DNA from: a virus
Virus record (IMG/VR): IMGVR_UViG_3300032322_001315
Coordinates: 1 to 64,000 of that record
DNA length: 64,000 nucleotides
Reading direction: 5' to 3' (one strand)
The position numbers and the translations under genes are program-made. The notes under the pieces were generated by a model. The model worked only from the letters and a program-made list of their open reading frames with translations. It had not been told where the DNA came from and ran no database searches. This document shows, in pieces, positions 28,802 through 38,674 of the stretch. Numbering within the stretch: the first letter of the stretch is position 1; each line of letters starts with the position of its first letter.

Positions 28802-30072
28802 TGCTTAAACACCTTTTCAATATACGAAAGAACCTTATCGTTATAAAGAGGAGAACAACCAATAAAAAATACGTTACTCAATGCGAGATTTGAATTTGGA
28901 TATTTTTCATGATTATCCAAATGTTTGAATCCAGGATGCAATAAAATATTTCCTGCAAAATAGTTTCTTGTTTGAATTTTATTATTCTCAAGATACTGAA
29001 CTAGTTTTTCTTTAAGTTCTTGAGTTTCGCAATATACAGGAACACCAAACCAAGAAGGATCCGCACCTTCTGTATTAGGAATAACTCTCGCACCAGGAAC
29101 GTTAGTCTCAATGTATGAATGAATGATGTTCTTATATTCTCTTCGTTTGCTTTCCAGCATATCGAATTTCTTCAATTGTTCAAGACCAATGGCGCCTTGC
29201 AAATCAAGAGGTTTTAGATTGTATCCGATATTTGTAAAGACATACTTGTGGTCAATCGTTCCATTATAATCTGCTAACCATTGGTCAAATCTGTTACCGC
29301 AAGTGCCGCATTGCAGAAGGTTATTTGCTCCAATGCAATAGCAGTCTCTACCCCACCAAGAAATGCTTCTTGCTTCTTTCATGAAGTTTTCATCATTGCT
29401 GCAAACCATACCGCCTTCTCCAGTAGAAATATGGTGTGCTGGATAGAAAGAAGTTGTCCATGCATAATACAAGTCGGTAATCTGTTCTCCTTTCCACAGA
29501 GTTCCTAGAGAATCGCAGTTGTCTCCAAGGAGAACCAAATTATGCTTCTTGCAAATCTCTACAATCTTATCCATATCTGGAGGATTGCCAAGAACGGGAG
29601 AAACGAAAATTGCTTTTGTTCTGAAGTTAATATTCTTTTCAATCAAATCAACATCAAAATTCAAAGAGTTCAACTCGATATCGATGAATACTGGTCTGAG
29701 TCCGTTTTGTACAATAGGTGCAATTGTAGTGGGAAAACCTACTGGAGAAACAATAATTTCATCATCATCTCTCCAACCAAATACCTTCTTCGCAGCAGTT
29801 ACCAATACGAGATTAGCAGAACTACCAGAATTTACCATGTGAGAATGTTTCACATTAAAACGTCTGCTAAACATTTGTTGAAATCTTGCTACCTTATCGC
29901 CTGCTGTAATCCAAGAACCGTTAAGCAATGTATCAAGAGCAGCATACATCTCCTTTTCGTCCCAGAGTTGTCCAGAGTATTGTACAAAATCTCCTTCTTG
30001 ATAGTTGTCATAATTTTTGACATACTTTGGTTGTAGTTTTGAGAGAGATTCAATCATTTCTTTTGTGTTCAT
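28789..30072 (-). CDS. rfbH: NDP-4-keto-6-deoxyglucose 3-dehydratase (RfbH/DdhC-like, PMP and [2Fe-2S])
   Basis: NSGSSANL, SFYPAHHISTGEGG (His in place of Lys), WGRDCYC..CGTC, DHKY, GYNLK. Confidence 0.85.
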   Translation of the reverse strand: MNTKEMIESLSKLQPKYVKNYDNYQEGDFVQYSGQLWDEKEMYAALDTLLNGSWITAGDKVARFQQMFSRRFNVKHSHMVNSGSSANLVLVTAAKKVFGWRDDDEIIVSPVGFPTTIAPIVQNGLRPVFIDIELNSLNFDVDLIEKNINFRTKAIFVSPVLGNPPDMDKIVEICKKHNLVLLGDNCDSLGTLWKGEQITDLYYAWTTSFYPAHHISTGEGGMVCSNDENFMKEARSISWWGRDCYCIGANNLLQCGTCGNRFDQWLADYNGTIDHKYVFTNIGYNLKPLDLQGAIGLEQLKKFDMLESKRREYKNIIHSYIETNVPGARVIPNTEGADPSWFGVPVYCETQELKEKLVQYLENNKIQTRNYFAGNILLHPGFKHLDNHEKYPNSNLALSNVFFIGCSPLYNDKVLSYIEKVFKQWKQ

Positions 30073-30740
30073 ATTTCAACTCCATAATGTGTAGCAATTC
30101 CGTGTTTACCGTGAAAACCTAAACTCTTTCCTAACCAAGGAGAACTCATATTGTGTTCTATGCTGAACTTATCTGCAATTTCTCCTTCGGCGAATCTTAT
30201 TCCATATTTGTTTTGCAACTGTTCTCTATATATTTTGCATATGATATTGTCTTCAGGAATAACTTTATCTCCAAAACTATCATACACATAGTATTCATAA
30301 TTGTTGATTATTTCTTCAGAATAATCTGATGATTTATACTTTACATCCAAATCTAAAAGAGAGTCATATAACTTTCTGCTTCTCAAACAAAAACCACCAT
30401 TACCTACCATTCCGTTATTCCATCTTGCTCCAATATAATCGTAAGACAGAAATTCATCATCCCATGCATTTTTATTTACTGCAAATCCATCGGAGTGAAT
30501 AATTATATTATAATCTTCTGTTGAAATGTGAGGCAATAACTTTAATGTTATGTAATTGTACTCATCAGTATATCTCTTAAAACGATTTATTTTAATCCAC
30601 TTAGTATTTTCTAATGGAATATCACTAAACCAATAAATCGTAGTAACAGGAAAAGGAAGAGTATCTAAAGTTTTTTCTAATGCTTTAATTGTCGGTTTAT
30701 AGTTTAAAGCATCTATACAAGTTATACTAAATGTTTTCAT
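30069..30740 (-). CDS. DUF5672-like glycosyltransferase-associated protein
   Basis: DGF...YDYIGA.W..VGNGGF.LRS..L, PED, F.FHG. Confidence 0.7.
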   Translation of the reverse strand: MKTFSITCIDALNYKPTIKALEKTLDTLPFPVTTIYWFSDIPLENTKWIKINRFKRYTDEYNYITLKLLPHISTEDYNIIIHSDGFAVNKNAWDDEFLSYDYIGARWNNGMVGNGGFCLRSRKLYDSLLDLDVKYKSSDYSEEIINNYEYYVYDSFGDKVIPEDNIICKIYREQLQNKYGIRFAEGEIADKFSIEHNMSSPWLGKSLGFHGKHGIATHYGVEI

Positions 30741-31381
30741 TGAAAATTATAATTATCCACTATTCTGCCACCATGGTGGCAGTATTGATTTATTTTATAT
30801 CCTAAGAAATCTTGATAATCGTTTGTGATATGTACATGTTCAAGTAGTTCTTTATCTCTAACAGATTCATACCAAACATACTCTAAATCTTTTTCGCATC
30901 TGTACAATTCTTCTAGTGAAAGTGTTTCTAAGAAAAAATCTGTTTCACAAAAATACATATGTGTTCCTAAAGTGTATGGAGACCCCCAAGGACCAGTTAC
31001 TGCTTTTTTACCAATTTCTTTACACTTTTCTATTAGACCAAGGTAATCTAAATCTGGCTGATTATCATAAGATACTTTTAGAAAGTCTTTTATTCCCAAT
31101 CTCTTCAATTGCGAAACAGCATTGTTGACTGACGTTAATTCTGCGACTCCGTGATTGTTTTGTCTCGAAGGAACTCCATCAAAAGAGAAACGATTATCTT
31201 TATCGTAAATGAACATATCGCAATAATTTTGCGTTTCAATATCGATAGTAGAATGTGAAGATAGACAGATATAAAAAGGAAAGTTTCTAAGATTTTTGCA
31301 TAGAATCTTAGTCATGTTTCTTTTTGCGTCTGAAGAAGGTTCTCCGCAGTATGAGGTGACTACAACAGCAGTATCAAACAT
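30737..31381 (-). CDS. Hypothetical glycan-cluster protein
   Basis: SHS..., NHG.AE, YD motif; start re-set to MFDTAV. Confidence 0.55.
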   Translation of the reverse strand: MFDTAVVVTSYCGEPSSDAKRNMTKILCKNLRNFPFYICLSSHSTIDIETQNYCDMFIYDKDNRFSFDGVPSRQNNHGVAELTSVNNAVSQLKRLGIKDFLKVSYDNQPDLDYLGLIEKCKEIGKKAVTGPWGSPYTLGTHMYFCETDFFLETLSLEELYRCEKDLEYVWYESVRDKELLEHVHITNDYQDFLGYKINQYCHHGGRIVDNYNFQ

Positions 31382-32084
31382 CGGTTCTATACACAAAAGT
31401 TTGTTCAATGTCGGTTCTATAATTTTCAGGAGGAAGATACCATCTATTATCTTCTCCAGGATGCATATCATACCACTTTGGATTACCACTACCATGCCAA
31501 CATTCTAAGTCAAATCGATGATGCGGCTGACCTTCAAATTGTGGTTTAAAATTGTTTTCTTCTGGGGTCTTTAATCTTTTACATTTTCTCAGATAAGATG
31601 CTTTCGCCCAAAAGAAATTTCCTGCGTAAAAAGGATATGGTGGATTATTTAGGTATGCTGCACCACAAGTATCATACCCCTCATCAAGTTTTTCTACGCA
31701 TTCTTTCCACTTTTCGATATTCCAATATTGCATGTACTTTCGCCAATTTTGATGACCACCAGGACCGTGACTTGCTCCTTTATGTGTCATGAAACACACA
31801 TAGAATTCATCGTTGGTGTTATGACAATATTCTTGGAGAAAATGAACAGAAGTTGCTTCGTACCAAGGTTGATACTTTCGGTCATAGTGAAAGAAATTTA
31901 CATTTTGTTTGTCTTTCCATCTATCTTCTAACCAAATATAATTGTCTGCGTCATAATGAGTAAATAAATTTACTGCATCTGCCGCATCTAGTAGTCCTGT
32001 ATTTTCAAGTAATTCGGTTTGCTCTTTTGTTATGTCTTTACCGCAACCTATGTCCACAAGATGACTAAAAATTTCAATTCTCAT
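31374..32084 (-). CDS. Putative glycosyltransferase-like protein
   Basis: H.KG, WR.YM.Y, GNFFWA..SY, R...E.W motifs. Confidence 0.55.
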   Translation of the reverse strand: MRIEIFSHLVDIGCGKDITKEQTELLENTGLLDAADAVNLFTHYDADNYIWLEDRWKDKQNVNFFHYDRKYQPWYEATSVHFLQEYCHNTNDEFYVCFMTHKGASHGPGGHQNWRKYMQYWNIEKWKECVEKLDEGYDTCGAAYLNNPPYPFYAGNFFWAKASYLRKCKRLKTPEENNFKPQFEGQPHHRFDLECWHGSGNPKWYDMHPGEDNRWYLPPENYRTDIEQTFVYRTDV

Positions 32085-32791
32085 AGCAAATCTGTTCTCC
32101 AATAATTATTCCAAAATAAATTGATACAACCTCTTCCCTGTAACGCATAGAATGGAGTAGTATGTAGAAGTCCTACAGAACCATAATAATAGTTCCTTTT
32201 GAATCTTTGTCTATTGATAACCGATGCAAAGTGAGACATACCAGTATCGCCACCTACATAATGACTGCAATCTGTTATGTGATTTACATTATCAATGAAG
32301 TCTGTAGAATACTTAAAGTTCTTTAATACTAAACCTTCCTTCTCTGCATTAATGCAAATATATTTTTCATAATCATCATATGCAGGGTCACTATAAACTT
32401 CTATAAAGTCATTGGTCATTTCGACAGACCAATTTCTATATGTATTATATGGTCCATCAAACAAAGGAAAGATACAAATTTTATTTTTTGTTTCTTTTTT
32501 GAAATCTAGATTCAGAACATCACCAGTAATCGACCTAAAATCCCACAGATTTATATTTGAAATACTTAAACTTTTCTCTCCTGGTTCTTTTGAGATGTAA
32601 CCCGTATTCTCTGTTAACCAGTCTCTAAATTTGATACAGTATTCTGATGATTGAATTGACTCATTAGGAATATAAAATTTATATTCTTGATTATCTTTCT
32701 TTCTAAGAAACTCGCAAAAATTCAGAGATGCAATAATATCTCCGTTTCTCATCGGACCACCAAAGTGGTGGGGGTCAATATTAATAATCAT
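32081..32791 (-). CDS. Putative GT-B (GT9/heptosyltransferase-like) protein
   Basis: N-terminal GD, R.W, VGGDTG.SHFAS resemble GT9 motifs. Confidence 0.5.
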   Translation of the reverse strand: MIINIDPHHFGGPMRNGDIIASLNFCEFLRKKDNQEYKFYIPNESIQSSEYCIKFRDWLTENTGYISKEPGEKSLSISNINLWDFRSITGDVLNLDFKKETKNKICIFPLFDGPYNTYRNWSVEMTNDFIEVYSDPAYDDYEKYICINAEKEGLVLKNFKYSTDFIDNVNHITDCSHYVGGDTGMSHFASVINRQRFKRNYYYGSVGLLHTTPFYALQGRGCINLFWNNYWRTDLL

Positions 32792-33506
32792 TGATATTTA
32801 CTAACTTTGAATTTCTGTTTTGATAATAGTGAAGTTTAAAATCATGTTCAACTCCCCAACCTTGCCAATTACGCATATCTTCATCCCAAAGAACAACCGT
32901 TTCTTTGTACATCAAATCCGCAACTATTCCTATACCCGTAAATGTTGTTATGAATGGGGCGTGACTGTACCTAATCAAATTACAATTATACATCAAATCC
33001 TTAGTATAGTCAAGATAGTGACTCTTACTTTCATCAATTACACCAGAGTCTTTTATCAAGTTAGACTTTCTTCTGGTATCAACATCGGGGGCATCATTAG
33101 GTGACCATCTATCTCCGATTATTGTTTTATCTGCAACGTCTAAATTTAAATTTTCTATCTTCAAAACAAAATCATTATCTATTTCATAATTTATACGATA
33201 GTTATCTACAATAAAATTATGAAATCTTTTTACGCAGATTGGAGAATTATTATCTCCTTTTTCATTTCCCACATCATCTACAATAATATATCTATCTGAT
33301 GGTTGGGTTATTTCATGCATGAATTTAACTTCTTCAAACATATCTTGATACTGTAATAGTTCTTTTATTCCTTTAAATCTTTCAAGTCTATTACATATAC
33401 CAAATAATAATTTTTCTCCGGTTTTTTTATAAAGTCCTGATAATGTAGGAAGACAATGCATGAAGTCTCCTAGGTTATGAATTCTTGGTGAATATAATGT
33501 AATCAT
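32781..33506 (-). CDS. Putative GT-B-like glycosyltransferase
   Basis: LGDFMH.LP.L N-terminus and FI.T.TG...VAD resemble GT9. Confidence 0.45.
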   Translation of the reverse strand: MITLYSPRIHNLGDFMHCLPTLSGLYKKTGEKLLFGICNRLERFKGIKELLQYQDMFEEVKFMHEITQPSDRYIIVDDVGNEKGDNNSPICVKRFHNFIVDNYRINYEIDNDFVLKIENLNLDVADKTIIGDRWSPNDAPDVDTRRKSNLIKDSGVIDESKSHYLDYTKDLMYNCNLIRYSHAPFITTFTGIGIVADLMYKETVVLWDEDMRNWQGWGVEHDFKLHYYQNRNSKLVNINDY

Positions 33507-34324
33507 ATTTGTTCGTTATATTTTCTAAAAATTAAAAACCAATCATTAGGATTAGCAGGATGCAATTGAAAATCTCCAGGACTTGTCAGTAATGCCATCA
33601 GCAACAATGTTTGGTCATCATCAATAAGTTTGTTTTTAATCAATAGATTAAGATTGTTAATTACCAAATCTTTAAGAGTATTCCATTTTTCTTTCCCAGC
33701 AACAATATGACAACCTTGAATATAAACGTCACCAGTATAGATTATATCATTGATAGGTCTATTGTCAATTGCACGTTGGCAGAAGAAATGAATTTTTTCT
33801 CTGTCAAAATCGTATGTCCATTTGTTCGATGATGGTATAGTATTGTCATCACGAACATAACCAAAATCAATCCATGCAACTTGGTCATTTGTAACCAGAC
33901 CTTTGTCTATTGCATCTGTAACATAAACTGATTTGGAGATATTGACGAGAACATAATCATCATGCCAATATTCAATCAATTGGGGATTAATAACCTTACT
34001 ATAATACTCAGGTGAATCCATAATGTTTCTGATTTTTTGTTTCGTCTCAACAAAATTTTCAGGAAGATACGATTCCCACACAACTACTTTTGTTTTATCT
34101 TCAAGTCCGTTTTGCTTTCTAATTTCAATAACTCTGTCTTTGAAGTTCGGAGTAGTATAGATTATCATTTCATTTTGAATCTTTGCGAGTTTGCTAAAGA
34201 AATCAAAATAAGTATCAACACTTCTATGTTGATAATGTGGCAATACTCTTCCGTGTTTTGTTTGTGGTAGATTACCTCTACCTATATCAAAAAATGCTGT
34301 TACAATTGTAATATCATTCTGCAT
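33503..34324 (-). CDS. HtrL/YibB (WlaTC) family glycosyltransferase-like
   Basis: ITIVTAFFDIGR, AWIDFGY, IDDDQ. Confidence 0.8.
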   Translation of the reverse strand: MQNDITIVTAFFDIGRGNLPQTKHGRVLPHYQHRSVDTYFDFFSKLAKIQNEMIIYTTPNFKDRVIEIRKQNGLEDKTKVVVWESYLPENFVETKQKIRNIMDSPEYYSKVINPQLIEYWHDDYVLVNISKSVYVTDAIDKGLVTNDQVAWIDFGYVRDDNTIPSSNKWTYDFDREKIHFFCQRAIDNRPINDIIYTGDVYIQGCHIVAGKEKWNTLKDLVINNLNLLIKNKLIDDDQTLLLMALLTSPGDFQLHPANPNDWFLIFRKYNEQI

Positions 34325-35165
34325 ACTTTGCCTCAATCTTTGCTTTCCATTCTGGAACTCTATTGTATTGGTGAACTAGAACATACTTTTCACCTTTGCT
34401 ATTATATACATATTCACCATCAAACCTTGGTTCTGGACTTAGTAGATTTGGTCTGAATCTATCAATCTTATTTGGGTCTACTGTTGTTCCACATTGACAT
34501 GCCCAATTGGTGTCGTGGTCATTAAACTTTGTAATAGAGTTGTATGGCTCTAATGCGAGAGTTAAATTGACTCCTGCTTGGTCTGGAGTAGGATTATTAA
34601 TGTGTTGTATCTTCAAAAATACATCTAAAGAATAATCAACAAATGTCTTATGTTCTCCTGCCATGGATCCTGCATTATAAATCGGTCTGTCTTTCATGAA
34701 ATCGTGAATCACAGGACCATAACAATGCATCATATTTTCATTTCCCCAATCTTCATCTTTATATTTCAGACCTTCGCACCCATAATTTAACTTCTTATTT
34801 CCGAGATTCTTTTCTAACCATTCAGAAGGATTACTTTGAAAAATAACGTCAACGTCAGTAGAAATGACATACCGAATATCTTTAAGTCCTTTTAAAAACA
34901 ACCAGTAAAAATAGTGTCTTGTTGCAGGAACTTGAAAAGTAAAATTTTCAGCAAAGAGATATCCGTTATCTTCTTTATTTCTTTGAGTTGAGGTTTGAAA
35001 AATTTCAAAACCTTCGTTCTTTAATTTTTGAATGGTATCATCAAGGACATTATGTACAATAATTCCTTTTCTTCCTTTGTATCCGCATCTGCGTAGGGAA
35101 TTGACCCAAGGTTTGATTTTATCAAAAGTATATTCTGAAATTGCACTAATAACTAAATCTTGCAT
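34314..35165 (-). CDS. Putative GT-A glycosyltransferase
   Basis: TDVDVIFQ.NP, N.G...G, DQ, VHQYNR. Confidence 0.6.
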   Translation of the reverse strand: MQDLVISAISEYTFDKIKPWVNSLRRCGYKGRKGIIVHNVLDDTIQKLKNEGFEIFQTSTQRNKEDNGYLFAENFTFQVPATRHYFYWLFLKGLKDIRYVISTDVDVIFQSNPSEWLEKNLGNKKLNYGCEGLKYKDEDWGNENMMHCYGPVIHDFMKDRPIYNAGSMAGEHKTFVDYSLDVFLKIQHINNPTPDQAGVNLTLALEPYNSITKFNDHDTNWACQCGTTVDPNKIDRFRPNLLSPEPRFDGEYVYNSKGEKYVLVHQYNRVPEWKAKIEAKYAE

Positions 35166-35929
35166 AATTTTTTTCCTAATTCAATAAAAGTTTTTTCATA
35201 ATCTGAGAAGGTATAATCTAAATTCAATACTTTTAATAATTTAGTATTATCCATAACAAATTGTCTATCGACAGGACCGGATGATTTAAACTTACCACCA
35301 TATCTGTATCCTGAGATTAAATTTCTTGCTACCTTTCCTATTTCTAAACCATAATTTGAACTTAAATTATATATTCCGGTGATTCTGTGTTTTCCTGCTT
35401 CTTCTATTAGGTATGCAGAATCTTTTACAAAAATAAAATCTCTTTTTGTTTTTTCTGAAATGGTATATACAATCTTACCTTCATTCACCAATTGAGTCAT
35501 ACAGTACCCAACGAAAGAGTTTCTTCCATATTCAAATCCAAATATATTAGAACCTCTAAGTACCACCACGTTATTGAAATTTTCTAATAGTTTAGTTTCA
35601 CTCTTTAATTTATTTTCACTATAATAATCAAAAGGATTTAGTTGTGAGTTCTCATCGTATGTTTTAAGTTCATTATTGTTACCATAAACTTTACTTGTAG
35701 ACAACATCACATAGTGACATTTACTTTCGTATGCTTTTTTTCCTATCTCAAAATCTATGTCGATGGTTTCATCATATTTAACTATTTTAAATTCTGGATG
35801 CAATGCACAGTTTATTATGATATCGTATTGTGAAAAATTTATGTCTTTAGATTCATTATAAGAAACTTTATCGCAATTTATGTTTTGTCCTATAAAACTA
35901 TTTTTTCCTACTAATAAGATTTTCTCCAC
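35153..35929 (-). CDS. NAD-dependent epimerase/reductase
   Basis: GKNSFIG, STSKVYG, Y...K, RDFI. Confidence 0.75.
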   Translation of the reverse strand: MEKILLVGKNSFIGQNINCDKVSYNESKDINFSQYDIIINCALHPEFKIVKYDETIDIDFEIGKKAYESKCHYVMLSTSKVYGNNNELKTYDENSQLNPFDYYSENKLKSETKLLENFNNVVVLRGSNIFGFEYGRNSFVGYCMTQLVNEGKIVYTISEKTKRDFIFVKDSAYLIEEAGKHRITGIYNLSSNYGLEIGKVARNLISGYRYGGKFKSSGPVDRQFVMDNTKLLKVLNLDYTFSDYEKTFIELGKKLCKI

Positions 35930-36624
35930 GGAAATTCTCCATTATATCTTTCATTCATTATTCTATTTCCATTTTCAAAAAATTCTTTATTGACTGATCC
36001 TGGATTACCATCAACTCTGTAATTTACAGAATATTTACCTGTACAATCAAATTTTGGAAAGTGTTGAGACAATACCGAAGGAAATGCTCTATCTGCACCC
36101 CAGCCCATGTGCCAAATATGAGAGGTTTTAATTGCAACTTCTTTTTTGATACAGTATGTACTAGTATCAATTAAATTGACTCCATGATATGTTTTCCATT
36201 TTCCTAACGATTCGCAATCATCATTGCATAGATAGTTGTCATCTTTATCTATAATCTTCCTCAAAGAATAGCACCAATCTAATTCATTTTTTTCAATTAA
36301 ATCGACACAAGTTTGAACATGGTCCGTATCCAATATATTATCATGGTCTAAAAATAGTATATAATCTTCATTTACCAAATGAGCAAACGATGCATAAACT
36401 CTGTGACCATAGAAACCATTTTCTCCAACATTCACGGGCAAATAACAAACCTTTAGATTTTTGTTTCCCATATAGTCACTAACAATCACTCTAACATTAC
36501 CTTCAAAGTTTGGACCATCACAAACCAAATAGCAAGTAGTAGGATATGTTTGAGATAATACACTTTTAATTGCTTTTCTTACTTCTTTAATTCCAGTTGT
36601 GGCAATGATAACAACAGCAGACAT
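35911..36624 (-). CDS. Glycosyltransferase family 2
   Basis: SVLSQTY, CDG, FLDHDN, DR. Confidence 0.8.
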   Translation of the reverse strand: MSAVVIIATTGIKEVRKAIKSVLSQTYPTTCYLVCDGPNFEGNVRVIVSDYMGNKNLKVCYLPVNVGENGFYGHRVYASFAHLVNEDYILFLDHDNILDTDHVQTCVDLIEKNELDWCYSLRKIIDKDDNYLCNDDCESLGKWKTYHGVNLIDTSTYCIKKEVAIKTSHIWHMGWGADRAFPSVLSQHFPKFDCTGKYSVNYRVDGNPGSVNKEFFENGNRIMNERYNGEFPWRKSY

Positions 36625-36633
36625 AATAATATC

Positions 36634-37902
36634 CTATTCAAAAAAATTACTAAGTGTTCCTCTATCAAAATATTGTTCGAAACTTGACACATTACCAAAA
36701 CACCAGATAGGTTCGATATAAATCTTGGTCATATATTCGTCAAGTTCATCACCTATATCTTTTGGTCTTTGAACTATACGCATACCAATTTGACCAACAA
36801 ACTTATCCTTAAACTTTTCAATTAAATCATCTGATGCATGATATCGTTTGTTCTTTATCTTTGGGTCCATAATGTTTATCATCATACATCCATTTGATGA
36901 TAATTTACTCATAATCTTTTCTGCAACTGGAAGATAAAATTTATCTCTCCACTTCTCATATGTATCATACCTTGACCAAGACTGGTCTTCTTCTTTACCC
37001 GAACCTGTTGCGTATTTTTCTGTAGCAAAGTATGGAGGAGATGTAAATGCACAATCGACTTCAGGAATCAAATTCCAATCCATATCTTCTGCTGGTTTTC
37101 TCTGTATGATGACTGTCTTTCTTGGAGATTCAAATTTGAACAAATCCGTCTTTTCTGTGATGACAAATTTCTCACCACCTTCTAGCAGTTTACTATATTC
37201 AATACATTGCTTCTTATATCGTTCAAATGTCTCTGGATTAGGATCGCAACCATAATACTCTGTTGTATTTGGAGTTGCAAAGAATGCTGCAAGTCTGTCG
37301 CCCCAACCACACGAGGTATCTAGAATTACATTTGCATTTGTCAATAGATATAAACATTTTGCAACATGAGGCTTAAACTGAGTTGCGACATAAGCACCTA
37401 GACGAAATGCTGCATTGTAACTACTAATACTCAATTCATTATTGTTCATTCTCCAAAGAGGAGATAGTAGTTGTTCTAAATCTATTCCTTTTGTCCATCT
37501 GTCATAAGGAGAATTAAAAGACCAACCACCACAACGATATCTCAAATCACGATGAAAATAATTTGAGCAATCGTTATATGAATGTCCGTTTTGAATTACA
37601 CCCATACCATATTTCTCATATGAATATGTGTAATCATCAAACTTTTCAATGACTTTGTGTTTAACTTCTTCGTGTTTAAAAAAGTAAGATTTCAAATCAC
37701 TCTTTAAAAGAGATAGAAAATTATCCTGCATTTCTTTATGCGTTGTAACTTGAAAAGGAAATGCAGGAGTTTTCTCTATAATATATTCTGATAATTCTTT
37801 ACGAATTTGTTCTTTAGAATATTTTTGATTTAACTCTTTCCATTGCTCAACATTCAATAGTGGAGGACCACCATTTTTGGTATATTGTGCAAAATTTATC
37901 AT
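36634..37902 (-). CDS. Amino DNA methyltransferase-like protein
   Basis: QFKPHVAK, DTSCGWGDRL, GCDPN, FTSPPYFATEKY. Confidence 0.75.
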   Translation of the reverse strand: MINFAQYTKNGGPPLLNVEQWKELNQKYSKEQIRKELSEYIIEKTPAFPFQVTTHKEMQDNFLSLLKSDLKSYFFKHEEVKHKVIEKFDDYTYSYEKYGMGVIQNGHSYNDCSNYFHRDLRYRCGGWSFNSPYDRWTKGIDLEQLLSPLWRMNNNELSISSYNAAFRLGAYVATQFKPHVAKCLYLLTNANVILDTSCGWGDRLAAFFATPNTTEYYGCDPNPETFERYKKQCIEYSKLLEGGEKFVITEKTDLFKFESPRKTVIIQRKPAEDMDWNLIPEVDCAFTSPPYFATEKYATGSGKEEDQSWSRYDTYEKWRDKFYLPVAEKIMSKLSSNGCMMINIMDPKIKNKRYHASDDLIEKFKDKFVGQIGMRIVQRPKDIGDELDEYMTKIYIEPIWCFGNVSSFEQYFDRGTLSNFFE

Positions 37903-37909
37903 GTCAAAT

Positions 37910-38641
37910 TTATTTCTTCATTCCCATAAATGGATTTTGTTTATTAGTTTTTGGTGCAACGGAGTAGTTACTTTTAGGCATCTTTTTGATTTTTATTTCT
38001 GCTTGCACTTCATAAAATTCTGAACGAGTAGCAACACGGACTTTAAAATCTCCTGAACCTTTCAGTAAAGGTATTGATGCATCTAAACCTAGAGGATTTT
38101 TATTTGAGATTCTGTAGAAATCGTCTCCTGCTTGCATATAATAAGCAGGTTCGGTCTTTCCTTCTGTATAATGTTCAGTAACCAACTTACCCAAATCACG
38201 ATTTTCATCATTAGCAATATATCGATTAATACCAGGTTGGTCAAAATATGCTTTCATGATTTGAAGTGACACAGCACCAGGTTCTTTTAGTCCACTTTTC
38301 GTTGTCGGTATCTTTATATCTTTTTTGGGTATACCTGAAAATTTAGAAATATTATCAATAAACTTTTTTGCCTCCGGTGATTTGTTTAAAATATCAACAG
38401 CAGCTTCAGCAGTAGGTGTTTTATATGTTGTTTTCCATTGACCGTTTTCATAATAAACTCTTGGGTTTGAAAGATTGTCAGTATGTGACATTTTAACTTC
38501 TACCCAAGTTTTTATATTTTTATATTCAATTTTAACATCAGAAAATCCTGTACCTACAGAAGGTCTAGATGCGTTTATGCCAGGCAGTTTGTTTATTTCT
38601 TTTGCTACATCTTGTTCGAATTTATCTGATGCTGCACTCAT
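37910..38641 (-). CDS. PD-(D/E)xK nuclease-like protein
   Basis: FE...SDV...VEVK catalytic-type pattern. Confidence 0.5.
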   Translation of the reverse strand: MSAASDKFEQDVAKEINKLPGINASRPSVGTGFSDVKIEYKNIKTWVEVKMSHTDNLSNPRVYYENGQWKTTYKTPTAEAAVDILNKSPEAKKFIDNISKFSGIPKKDIKIPTTKSGLKEPGAVSLQIMKAYFDQPGINRYIANDENRDLGKLVTEHYTEGKTEPAYYMQAGDDFYRISNKNPLGLDASIPLLKGSGDFKVRVATRSEFYEVQAEIKIKKMPKSNYSVAPKTNKQNPFMGMKK

Positions 38642-38674
38642 GGCGTTTAGTATTAATTTATGATTAAATATTTA

